This document shows positions 20,959-30,381 of a stretch of 64,000 nucleotides of DNA, piece by piece. The DNA comes from an uncultured Verrucomicrobiae bacterium (lineage in GTDB: Bacteria > Verrucomicrobiota > Verrucomicrobiia > Chthoniobacterales > Chthoniobacteraceae). Each line of letters begins with the position of its first letter. Position 1 is the stretch's first letter. The notes beneath the pieces were generated by a model, which ran no database searches, was not told the origin of the DNA, and saw nothing but the letters and a program-made list of their open reading frames with translations. The DNA is taken from positions 21,959 to 85,958 of the forward strand of contig CAWHEP010000016.1 of assembly GCA_963828525.1 (NCBI GenBank), given 5' to 3'. Position numbers and translations under genes: made by a program.

Positions 20959-21846
20959 ATGTCTTGCCTGAAAATCGACCCGGCCCTGCACCAGCAGCGC
21001 AAGCCGGATTGGATCAAGGTGCGGTTGCCCTCCAATCCCGTCTTTTTCTCGACCAAGGCGCTCATCTCGGATTTGCGATTGCACACAGTATGCGAAGAGG
21101 CCCAATGCCCAAATCGATGGGAATGCTGGAGCCAGGGCACAGCTACTTTCATGATCGCTGGCGACCGATGCACACGAGCCTGCGGATTTTGCGCCGTTGC
21201 AACAGCAAAACCCCTTCCTCTCGAGGAGGACGAACCCGCTCGCGTGGCGGAGGCGGTGCGCAGGATGAAGCTAAAGCACGTGGTCGTCACCGCCGTCGCG
21301 CGGGATGATATAGCGGACGGGGGCGCGGAGCATTTTGCGAGAACCATACGCGCGATCCGTGACAGTGATCCCGAGGTTGTCATTGAGGTGCTGGTGCCGG
21401 ACTTTAACGGTAAAGAGGCTTCACTGCGCGCGGTGATCGATGCCGCTCCTGATGTATTTAACCATAATCTCGAGACTGTGGCGCGGCTGAGTCCGGTCGT
21501 CCGTTCCAGAGCGAAGTATTCGCTCTCCCTCGACGTGCTGAGGCGCGCGAAAGCAGCTTCGCCAAAGGTTGTCACGAAGAGTGGCGTCATGCTTGGTTTG
21601 GGGGAGACGGAAGAAGAGCTCTTCCAGACGATGGATGATCTCCGTCGCGCAAACGTCCAGGTGTTCACCATCGGCCAGTATCTCCGGCCATCTCCCCAAC
21701 ATCTGCCCGTCGTGGAATACATCCATCCTGACCGCTTCGCGAAATTCGCGGACGTGGCGTATGGCAAAGGTTTCGAGCACGTCTCTTCCGGGCCGCTTGT
21801 TCGGAGTTCCTACCACGCCGGCGACTACCATCCCGCGCGGCGATGA
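20959..21846 (+). CDS. lipA: Lipoyl synthase
   Basis: RKPDWIK, CEEAQCPNRWEC, CTRACGFC radical-SAM motif, NHNLETV, GPLVRSSYHA. Confidence 0.96.
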   Translation: MSCLKIDPALHQQRKPDWIKVRLPSNPVFFSTKALISDLRLHTVCEEAQCPNRWECWSQGTATFMIAGDRCTRACGFCAVATAKPLPLEEDEPARVAEAVRRMKLKHVVVTAVARDDIADGGAEHFARTIRAIRDSDPEVVIEVLVPDFNGKEASLRAVIDAAPDVFNHNLETVARLSPVVRSRAKYSLSLDVLRRAKAASPKVVTKSGVMLGLGETEEELFQTMDDLRRANVQVFTIGQYLRPSPQHLPVVEYIHPDRFAKFADVAYGKGFEHVSSGPLVRSSYHAGDYHPARR

Positions 21847-22550
21847 CGCCGCCACTTCCGGCGGCATCGCGCTCCAATGTCCTCGGGCTTATTCCGGCTT
21901 TCCGCGAGGAGGCGTTCATTGGGGATGTGGCGAGCCGTACCTTGCGTCAACTCGACCATGTAATAGCCATCGATGACGGTTCGCCCGACGCCACCGCAGC
22001 GAATGCGGCGGCTGCTGGGGCGGAGGTCATACGGCATCCGGAAAACAAAGGGAAAGGGGCGGCTATCAAGACGGGGTTAAGAGAACTTGTCGCCCGGGGA
22101 TTCCTCTACTGCATGCTCCTGGATGGGGATGGGCAGCATCTCCCGGAAGAGATCCCCCGGTTTCTCGATGCGGCGAATGCCTCCGGCGCGCGCTTCATCC
22201 TGGGAAATCGCATGGCTGACACGAGGAGTATGCCACTCGCCCGTCGAATGACGAACAGCCTGATGTCCTCTCAAATCAGTCGGCTCTGCCGGCAGCCCAT
22301 ACCTGACACACAGTGCGGATTCCGAATGATCCACCGGGATTTGGCGCCGCACCTCGACTGTCCGAGCAATGCCTATGAGTATGAAACGGAGATGCTGCTC
22401 ATCGCGGCCAGGCGTGGGTTCAAGATCGCTGCTGTGCCTGTCAGCACCATTTACGGGGACGAGAAAAGCAAAATCCATCCTGTGAGGGATACGATCCGGT
22501 TCATGAGGCTGGTACAGCGTTACAGCAGGGATGCCAAGGCGGGAACTTAG
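21843..22550 (+). CDS. Glycosyltransferase family 2
   Basis: IDDGSPD, NKGKGAA, LDGDGQH, DTQCGFR, YETEML. Confidence 0.92.
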   Translation: MTPPLPAASRSNVLGLIPAFREEAFIGDVASRTLRQLDHVIAIDDGSPDATAANAAAAGAEVIRHPENKGKGAAIKTGLRELVARGFLYCMLLDGDGQHLPEEIPRFLDAANASGARFILGNRMADTRSMPLARRMTNSLMSSQISRLCRQPIPDTQCGFRMIHRDLAPHLDCPSNAYEYETEMLLIAARRGFKIAAVPVSTIYGDEKSKIHPVRDTIRFMRLVQRYSRDAKAGT

Positions 22551-25013
22551 AAGCTTGCGCTCGCGGATCGCTTGAGGATTAGTATCCCCGCGCCGATCAG
22601 GCAGGCGCCGAGGATCGCAACGCTCCAGCCCGGCATTGCGGGGATGGCGGCCAGCGTTGTAAAACTCTGATCGCTGCCGTATGTAGTCGCCTCCCGCGTT
22701 CGTCACGACCACCCGGTAATGATAGGTGGCGCCGGGAAGCAAGCTGCCCAGGGCGAAGCTCGCGGGCGCGCTGCTTGTTCCGCTGCCGACATCCACTGTT
22801 GGGGTTGTCTGGCCGTAAGTAACATCTGAGCCGTATTGAAAGTAGAGTTGGGAGTCGCTGCCATTTGCGTTTGCCGTCGCGTTAAGCGTCGCCCCGGTGC
22901 TCGTTGTCTGCGTCGGCGTGGCTGTCTGAGCACCCGGAGCCGACGGTTGAAGGAGCATCACCGTCATCGAGTAGGAGGGAAACACCGCGTTGAACAACGG
23001 AGAGACGTTGCTGACAGAGGAGGTTGTCAGGTCACCGCCTGCCGTGTCGTTCGGCTTGCCGTAGCTATAAACGGTCGCGTCCGTTGATGCTGGGAATGAA
23101 ACCTGAGAAGACTGATCTGCGGAGGCCAAGTCGCTGGCTGGGCTCTTGTTGACGACAAGCAACGCGAGATGCCCATTTGCCAGACGCGCGGCGCGCGCGG
23201 AGAGCAGCGAGTAGTTACTCGTTGCGCTCACAAGGGTGTCGCCCCCTCTCGCCCAATGCGTGAGCAGCTTTGCCGCATAGAACGAGGGGTATGGCGTGTT
23301 TGCCGGCGTCCCGGTCACGTCTCCGCTGGACACAACCCCGTAGTCGCCATATTGCCTCGCGCCATAGAGAGAGGCGCTGTTGTTGCCGGCGTATGATCCG
23401 TTGCGAAGAGCCCACCACACGCAAGAGTTGAACTCCGTGCCCGCCAAGGTTCCAATCGCATCCGCCATGTAGAGGCCATCCACTAGGCTGACGGTTTGTT
23501 TCCCAGGATTGGAACTGACTGAATTCATCTCAGTCACGTCAAGTTCGATGCCTGCCCCGGCCGCGCCTCCGACATAATCCGTGATCATCTGCCGAAGGTT
23601 CGCCGCGTCCGAGATGATTGTCCCGCTCGCCTGGAGGAGCGTGGCATCCGTCTCGGAACCGGGCCCCTGCGCGTAGCTGTGGTGGATGAGAAAGTGGGGA
23701 GTCACCAGCGCTGCTTTCAGCGTCGTCAGCATTACCGGGACCCACCCGCTGTGGAGCGAGTTGCCCTGGTTTGGGTTGGCCGCCGCATGCGTGCCGTTGC
23801 CATAAGAGTCTTGCCCCGGTGTCGCAACCGCGCCGATGCGGATGGAGGGATCCACCGCGAGCATCCTAGAGTAGTAAGATGCGAATGCTTGTCCGTAAGT
23901 GTAGGGGTCGTGAGCGACTCCACCAAGTCCGCTCCCAGCGTGTCCGTGCAGGTCGTTTTCCCATCCCCCATAACACTCGTTTCCAATTTCCCAGTATTTG
24001 ATGGCGAACGGGGCGGGATGCGCGACGCGAAGGAAGTTGTAACCGTCATCCGAAGCCAGCGGCGTTGAAGAGCGGATTGTCGCCCAGAAGCCTGTCGTCT
24101 GCCAGTTGCGGCCTTTGGAGTCGACGCCCAGCGCGAGCGTCCCAGACGCGCTCCCATTGTAGTACGCGACCCACGCCGCAGCCTGCTCCGGGGTGCCGCT
24201 GCCATAGTTCACGGTGACGAACGCTTGCGATCCCGCATTGGAGATGACCTTCGCGAACCCGGCCGCGTTATTGACCCACTGAAAGGAGCCATTTGAAACG
24301 CTGCGGTCGGTCTGCCAGTCGTAATCATCCGAGCTGCTGCCGCCCGGGATTCGGATAGCGCCTGTCTGCATTGCGCTCAGCACCGCTCCTGTGGCGGTGC
24401 CGCTGAGCAGTGAATCCCAGATCACCGCGTTCGTCCCGTAGATGCGGTTGTCGATCGTTCTCGTAGCCGACCCGGCATTTACGGTGATCTGCACCACAGT
24501 CGGCGGCGGCGAAGCGACAATGCGTATATCGTCCACGTAAAATGTGGGTAATGGGCCGCCGGTGATATTCTGAATCCAAAATCCATCGAAGCTATTGCTA
24601 TTCGCGACACCGAGGGCACCCAGCGGAACTGTCACCTGCTGCCAGATCCCAGTCTGCGCCGCGGTGAACGACAGGGTGTATGGAGTCTGCGCGGTGCCGC
24701 TCAGTGTCGCTTGGACCTGAAGTTCGTCACTTACCGCGGTCGTCGGATTGATCCAGAAGCGAAGACTATCATAACCCGCGGAGTTGAAAGCCGCGTGGTG
24801 CAGATAAAGCGCCTCATAGTTGGATGTGGAGTCTGTGACACTGATGGAGTTGCTGCCACTGTGAACCGGGCCTGTCGTCGATTTGTTCACGCTGGCCCAA
24901 CTATAGTCCTGCCAGGCGTTCTCAAGTGAGTCGTCATAAACAACGAGATCCTGTGCTTTACAGGCAAACGACATGGCCATGAGAGCGGCGCCGAAGAGAA
25001 TGCGGGCATTCAT
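22547..25013 (-). CDS. Secreted clan GH-A glycoside hydrolase (GH51/GH44/GH79-like) with N-terminal CBM-like domain, FN3-like domain and IPTL-CTERM-like tail (frameshift near 22688)
   Basis: Signal peptide; RIPGGSSSD, YWEIGNE (acid/base), VTEMN (nucleophile); corrected C-terminus TTYGSDQSFTTLAAIPAMPGWSVAILGACLIGAGILILKRSASASF* stops at 22547. Confidence 0.78.
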
Positions 25014-25123
25014 TGAAGGATCTCTAATAACCCATGGGTGGCCCCGCGTTGCAGCGTCTTATTCCCCGGCTGGCAGTGAGGCTTCCGCCCCGACCCAGAA
25101 AACCCGCAAGAGGAATCGGAGAC

Positions 25124-25207
25124 TACCGGCGGAGGGGGTCGAACCCACACATTCTTGCGAATACTGGATTTTGAGTCCAGCGCGTCTGCCAATTCCGCCA
25201 CGCCGGC
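25124..25207 (-). tRNA. tRNA-Leu (CAA)
   Basis: GCCGGCG/CGCCGGT acceptor stem, TGGCGGAATTGGCAGACGC D arm, CTGGA-CTCAAAA-TCCAG anticodon arm, long variable arm, GTTCGAC T loop; CCA not encoded. Confidence 0.96.
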
Positions 25208-25386
25208 GTGTCTCGAATAATCAGCCATCCATGAAGCTCGCCTTTAAAGAAGGGATATCCATGTTGACGCTGTTCGTTTACCACCGTCAGGGATTCGCGC
25301 AAGCACAAACTGTGGTTGTGGCGGCGCAGCTCCGCTATGGATCCTTGAGGGCACCCCGCTGTTCCCTGAAAGGCGACCCAACACCG

Positions 25387-25415
25387 TTGAACAAAACACA
25401 AGTTTGCGCTAATCT
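25387..25415 (+). promoter_or_regulatory. Putative sigma70-type promoter for the WXG100 operon
   Basis: TTGAAC-17 bp-TAATCT; same -10 hexamer and spacing as the putative promoter before pilB at 38211. Confidence 0.4.
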
Positions 25416-25462
25416 TCATTCAGGGTCGCAGATTCGCTGCCCGGCACAGGCACTTTACACTC

Positions 25463-25735
25463 ATGGCGCAGGCTATAATGGATCCGGAGGAAGTCCGGCG
25501 ATTCGCCCAGGAACTGAAGCGTTTCAACGAGGATGTGCAGACGCGCGCCGCCTCTTTGCAGGCGCGATTCATGGCTCTTGGCGGCACTTGGCAGGATCAG
25601 GAGCACGAAAAGTTCGCAGAGGAATTTATCTCTACGATGAAGGTGCTGCGGAAGTTCACTGAAGTCGCCGAGAAACACATTCCCTTTCTCCTCAGGAAAG
25701 CGCAGCGCGTGGAGCAATACCTCGATCAGCGTTAG
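25463..25735 (+). CDS. WXG100-family (ESAT-6-like) protein
   Basis: 90 aa, helical; N-terminal MDPEEVRRFAQEL; central LGGTWQD (WxD variant); amphipathic C-terminal helix. Confidence 0.85.
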   Translation: MAQAIMDPEEVRRFAQELKRFNEDVQTRAASLQARFMALGGTWQDQEHEKFAEEFISTMKVLRKFTEVAEKHIPFLLRKAQRVEQYLDQR

Positions 25736-25740
25736 CACCC

Positions 25741-26283
25741 ATGGCCGATAAAGCCGAGATCACTTCCATCGAGGCTCTGGACTCATTCAGGGCTAGTCTC
25801 ATCATTTTTCTTTCAAAAGCGCGGCGCGCTGTTGATGACAGCCACGACAGCATCCGCCGCACTCGCGTCTGGCTCCAGCACGACCAGAAAACGCGATGGG
25901 AAACGGAAACGCGTCGGCGTGAGGGCATCCTGAATCAGGCGGAACAGGAACTCCTGAGCGCCCGCATTTCGGGTCTGCGCGAAACCGCCCCTGTGCAGCA
26001 GGCGGCGGTGCGTAAAGCGCGGGAGTCGCTGGAATTCGCGCGGGGCAAAACGCGCAAGGTGAAGCAATGGAACCAGGATTATGACGGGAAGTCGGAGCCT
26101 CTGGCGAGGGCGATGAGCAGTTTGCGTCAATTCCTCGAAAAGGAAATTCCTGAAGGGATCGCATTTCTCTCGCGCGCGCAGACCGCTCTCGAAGCGTACG
26201 CGGAAGTCCATGTGCCTGTAGCTCCTGGCAAACCAGCTTCATCCGCGCTGGAGCCAGCCCCAGAGTTGAGTGAGCCGGCATGA
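25741..26283 (+). CDS. Helical/coiled-coil hypothetical protein of the WXG100 operon
   Basis: 180 aa, charged and helical; 5 bp after the WXG100 gene; N- and C-terminal helices resemble the WXG100 protein. Confidence 0.75.
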   Translation: MADKAEITSIEALDSFRASLIIFLSKARRAVDDSHDSIRRTRVWLQHDQKTRWETETRRREGILNQAEQELLSARISGLRETAPVQQAAVRKARESLEFARGKTRKVKQWNQDYDGKSEPLARAMSSLRQFLEKEIPEGIAFLSRAQTALEAYAEVHVPVAPGKPASSALEPAPELSEPA

Positions 26284-26492
26284 ACCCGACCGGCAGCGCC
26301 CCCAGCCTCGGCCAGGCCGCGAAGGATCTCCTCATCGCTTGGGAAGAGGCGAAATTCTTCTGGCGCGATGGAAAAGCGGCGGACTTCGAGCACAAGTACA
26401 TCGCGAGCCTTCCGGAGCATGTGGCCAAAGCCGTAAAGGCGATGGGTGAATTGGAAGTTTTGCTTAAGAAAGTAAAATCCGACTGTGAGTGA
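26280..26492 (+). CDS. Small WXG100-like helical protein
   Basis: 70 aa with central FFWRD motif; ATGA overlap with the upstream gene and overlap with the FtsK start. Confidence 0.65.
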   Translation: MNPTGSAPSLGQAAKDLLIAWEEAKFFWRDGKAADFEHKYIASLPEHVAKAVKAMGELEVLLKKVKSDCE

Positions 26493-29400
26493 GGGCGCCC
26501 GCCTTGAGGTTCGCAAGGTTATGGATCTCGCCGCGCGTCTTCGGGCGACGGTATCCGACTTCGCTGCAAGGGAGGAGCACATCCTCCGGGCCGCCGCCAC
26601 GGAGCGTCAGAATGCCCGAAGTAAGTGCCAGCAGGGCGCGCAGCAAGCGTCGGACGCGGCGGCAGGCAGGGTCTCCCGGTTTATAGCTGCCTGCGAAGCG
26701 TCTGCTCAAAAGTACACGGATACCCATTCCGCGCGGCGTTCAAGAATTTTGCGCTTCCAGGCCGCAAGTTTGCGCAGCCTGCCCCGGCGCGCGGTAAACG
26801 CGAAAGAATCCTGGATGGGAGAACTCCAGATGGAACGTTTCCAAGCTGAAAGGAAACGCGACGCGGGGATGCAGGCGGCGGAGCAGCGGTTCAGAGAATC
26901 ATCCACCGAACTCGCCCGAATGAGGGCGTCCCTTGGCGCGCTGCGAAGCCGCGCGCGAACATTCTTCGCAGGTTACTTGAGCCTGGGGTTGAAGCTCAAG
27001 CGCATCACCGAGACCGGAGCGCCCGCCGGGGCGGAGGACGTCGAGGGTTCTTTCAAACAATTCCAGGAACACCTCGCCATCGCCGCGGAGCGATTGCGTG
27101 TTTTTCGCGCCTTCCTGCTGCCCCGCGTTTTCAGCTACCTGCCGGTTTACGTTCTTGCTCTTCTGCTGGTGGCCGGCTGCGCGGTGGGCGCGTGGAGCGG
27201 CGCGGTGCCGCATTACATTGAATGGGGCGTTGGCGCAGGCTTTTCGCTCGCTGTCCTGTTTTCAATTCACCACCTCGGCTTTCGTCAATCCAAAGGCGCC
27301 GCTATGGGTGCCCTCCGGGCACTGAGCGAAGTGACGGACATGCACGCCTCGTGCCGCGCCGCTCTCGCAGACAAGCGCGACGGAGATTTTGCGGCCCTCC
27401 GGGCACAGTGTGACGAAACACTCGCGAGGATTGAAGCCCGATGGAAGGGAGCGGACAGCATTGAAGCTGACTTTGATGGCCGGGCAAGGAGCAGGTTGGA
27501 AGCGCGGGTGCCGAGGGTTCTCTCGCGGAATGACGCGCAATTGCAACGCCGCCTCAGAATAGTCCAGTCGGAGTGTGAGACCGGCAGCAAGGCTTCAACG
27601 CTCGAAGCCGCCGAGATCAAGGCGCGGCTGGAAGCAGAACGCAACTTGCGCCTGACGAGCGTGGAACGCCAAGCGGCGTCATCCATGGAAACTCTGGTGG
27701 CTGAGTGGATACGAGAGACAAGCCCGGTTGTGGAAGAAATCTCCACCCTCCAAAATCTCGCGATCTCTCTGTCCGAACCCTTCACTCCACGGTTTGTGGA
27801 CGAGTGGAAGCCGCCTGCGCGGTTTGCGGGCGCCGCGCGGTTTGGGAGTTTAGTCCTCGATCTCGACAGCCTGCCCGCGAAGCCTCGTGACCTCCGTTTG
27901 CAGATCGCCGTTGCCAATCCTGTCTCGTTGCCAATGTGCCTCGTCTTTCCGGAGGCAGGGTCGATGCTTTTTGAGACCAGGGAACCTTGCGGAGGCGCTG
28001 TCATGGCCACGATGAACAACATTGTGCTCCGCCTTTTCACGGCCTCTCCTCCCGGAAAGGTCAGCTTCACGATCATCGATCCGATTGCCTTGGGGCGGAA
28101 CTTCTCCGGCCTGATGCATCTTTCCGATTATGAGGACAGCCTGATCAACCGCAAAATCTGGACGCAGAAGGATCAGATCGATGAAAGACTGGGTGAACTG
28201 AGCGAGCACATCGAGAAGGTCATCCAGATGTACCTTCGCGATGAGTATGCCACCATTGCCGAGTATAACGAGCAAGCGGGGAGCGTCTCGGAGAAGTATC
28301 ATTTTCTGGTCATAGCGGATTTTCCGGCGGGATTCAGCGAGATCGCCAGCAAGAGACTGCGAAGCATTGCTTTGAGCGGCCCCCGTTGCGGAATTTTCAC
28401 TCTGGCGCACTGGGATCAACGCCAGCAACTCCCCGACGAATTCGGAGCCGACGAGTTGCGAAGCGCCAGCGTTTGCATCCACTGGGAGAACGGTGTCTCG
28501 GTCGCGCGAGGGCAGCAGTCCGGAACTTTGATTCTCGATGAGCCGCCGGTTACGGAGGTCTCTCTGGCCCTGGTGCATAAGATCGGACAGAGCAGCATCG
28601 ATTCAAACCGGGTGCAGGTTCCTTTCTCGATGGTTGCTCCTGCTCCAGATGAGATCTGGAAGGGCGAAACATCCGCGGAGCTGCGGGTTGCCATCGGGAG
28701 GACAGGCGCGACCAAGCTGCAGATCCTGGCCATCGGAAAAGGCACCCGGCAGCACGCGCTGTTTGCCGGCAAGACGGGTTCAGGGAAATCAACCCTGTTT
28801 CACGTCATCATCACCAACCTTGCCCTCACGTACAGCCCGGATCAGGTTGAGTTCTACCTCATCGATTTCAAAAAGGGGGTCGAGTTCAAATGTTATGCCG
28901 CCAGGCGATTGCCACACGCGCGCGTTGTCGCGATCGAGAGCGACAGGGAGTTTGGCTTGAGCGTGCTTCAGCGGGTTGACGAGGAACTGAGGAGGCGCGG
29001 CGATATGTTCCGCGCGCTGGGGGCGCAGGATATCGCCGGCTATAAACGAGCGGGGGGAAAGGAGGCGGTTCCGCGCTGCCTGTTGATCATCGACGAATTT
29101 CAAGAGTTCTTTGTTGAAGATGATCAGATAGCCCAGACGGCTTCGTTGCTCTTTGATCGCATCGTGCGGCAGGGAAGAGCCTTCGGAATCCACGTGCTTC
29201 TGGGCTCGCAGACCTTGGGCGGCGCGTATTCCCTGGCGCGCGCCACTCTCGGACAAATGGTCATAAGAGTAGCGCTGCAATGCAACGAAGCGGACGCCTA
29301 CCTTATCATGGATGATAGCAATCCCGCGCCCCGTCTCCTTTCACGGCCGGGAGAGGGTATTTACAACGACGCGGCGGGGGCGGTGGAGGGCAACAGCCCT

Positions 29401-30363
29401 TTTCAGGTAGTGTGGCTTCCGGACGAGGAGAGGGACAGATGCCTTGAGAAAATCAGGGAGGTGGCTGGAGCGTTCGCATACCGTTCGCCAATCGTGTTTG
29501 AAGGCAATGCTCCCGCGGATCTGCAAGAAAATACATTGTTAAACGCCGTTTTGAGCACGGCGCCTCTCACGTTTCCGCGCAATCCGAAAGCGTGGCTCGG
29601 GGCTGCGAACTCCATCAAAGGGCCGACCGAAGCGGAGTTCAGGAGCCAGAGCGGCGGCAACCTGCTTATTGTGGGACAGCGGGAAGAGACCGCCCTCAAT
29701 CTGCTTGGTGTCTGCCTCTTGGCGCTGGCTGCGCAGTACCCCGCAGGATCAGCAGCCTTCTACTTCCTCACCAGCGCAAGCCCCGGTTCTCATGACGCGG
29801 AGTTCATCAATCAGTTCACGTCCGTCTTCCCCCGTGGAGTGGTCCTCGTACGTCCCCCGGATGCGTCGGCGCTCATCGAGAAACTAACGGAGCGGCTGAA
29901 GCGTAGTATGGCGGGCGAGGAAACCTTGCCCGCGGACGAACCCGCATACATCTTCGTTCACGGCATTCAGAAGTTCAGGAAATTGCGTTTCGAGGAAAGT
30001 TTCGATTTCTCTGGCGATTCGGCCGCGGATACGGGACGCCAGTTTAACGACATCATCATTGAAGGCAGCGCTCATGGAATTCACGTCTTGGGAACAGTCG
30101 ACACCTACGCCAGCGTCAACCGCGTGATGAGCCGGAAGGCGCTGGGCGAATTTGGAATGCGAGTTGTCTTTCAGATGAGCGCGAACGATTCTGCCAGCCT
30201 CATAGAATCTCCGCTGGCGAACAATCTCGGGCTGCATCGCGCGATTTTCTATAGCGAAAATGAGGGCGTTACGGAGACCTTCCGGCCCTACGCGGCGATG
30301 ACTCGGGAGTGGCTGGCATTCGCGAGGTCACAGCGCCCCAAACAGGAGGCAATTCGCGCGTGA
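26485..30363 (+). CDS. FtsK/SpoIIIE-domain membrane ATPase (EccC/EssC-like)
   Basis: 1292 aa; coiled coil, two TM helices, coiled coil, then three RecA-like domains; middle domain intact (AGKTGSGKS, LIDFKKG, LLIIDEFQ, QGRAFGIH, GSQ). Confidence 0.9.
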   Translation: MSEGARLEVRKVMDLAARLRATVSDFAAREEHILRAAATERQNARSKCQQGAQQASDAAAGRVSRFIAACEASAQKYTDTHSARRSRILRFQAASLRSLPRRAVNAKESWMGELQMERFQAERKRDAGMQAAEQRFRESSTELARMRASLGALRSRARTFFAGYLSLGLKLKRITETGAPAGAEDVEGSFKQFQEHLAIAAERLRVFRAFLLPRVFSYLPVYVLALLLVAGCAVGAWSGAVPHYIEWGVGAGFSLAVLFSIHHLGFRQSKGAAMGALRALSEVTDMHASCRAALADKRDGDFAALRAQCDETLARIEARWKGADSIEADFDGRARSRLEARVPRVLSRNDAQLQRRLRIVQSECETGSKASTLEAAEIKARLEAERNLRLTSVERQAASSMETLVAEWIRETSPVVEEISTLQNLAISLSEPFTPRFVDEWKPPARFAGAARFGSLVLDLDSLPAKPRDLRLQIAVANPVSLPMCLVFPEAGSMLFETREPCGGAVMATMNNIVLRLFTASPPGKVSFTIIDPIALGRNFSGLMHLSDYEDSLINRKIWTQKDQIDERLGELSEHIEKVIQMYLRDEYATIAEYNEQAGSVSEKYHFLVIADFPAGFSEIASKRLRSIALSGPRCGIFTLAHWDQRQQLPDEFGADELRSASVCIHWENGVSVARGQQSGTLILDEPPVTEVSLALVHKIGQSSIDSNRVQVPFSMVAPAPDEIWKGETSAELRVAIGRTGATKLQILAIGKGTRQHALFAGKTGSGKSTLFHVIITNLALTYSPDQVEFYLIDFKKGVEFKCYAARRLPHARVVAIESDREFGLSVLQRVDEELRRRGDMFRALGAQDIAGYKRAGGKEAVPRCLLIIDEFQEFFVEDDQIAQTASLLFDRIVRQGRAFGIHVLLGSQTLGGAYSLARATLGQMVIRVALQCNEADAYLIMDDSNPAPRLLSRPGEGIYNDAAGAVEGNSPFQVVWLPDEERDRCLEKIREVAGAFAYRSPIVFEGNAPADLQENTLLNAVLSTAPLTFPRNPKAWLGAANSIKGPTEAEFRSQSGGNLLIVGQREETALNLLGVCLLALAAQYPAGSAAFYFLTSASPGSHDAEFINQFTSVFPRGVVLVRPPDASALIEKLTERLKRSMAGEETLPADEPAYIFVHGIQKFRKLRFEESFDFSGDSAADTGRQFNDIIIEGSAHGIHVLGTVDTYASVNRVMSRKALGEFGMRVVFQMSANDSASLIESPLANNLGLHRAIFYSENEGVTETFRPYAAMTREWLAFARSQRPKQEAIRA

Positions 30364-30381
30364 GGCGCTTTACGGTACGAT

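Noticed and set aside
22077..22546. C-terminal extension of the 978-aa ORF overlapping the GT2 gene
   Set aside because: Artefact of a frameshift near 22688; the corrected frame stops at 22547 with a sorting signal.
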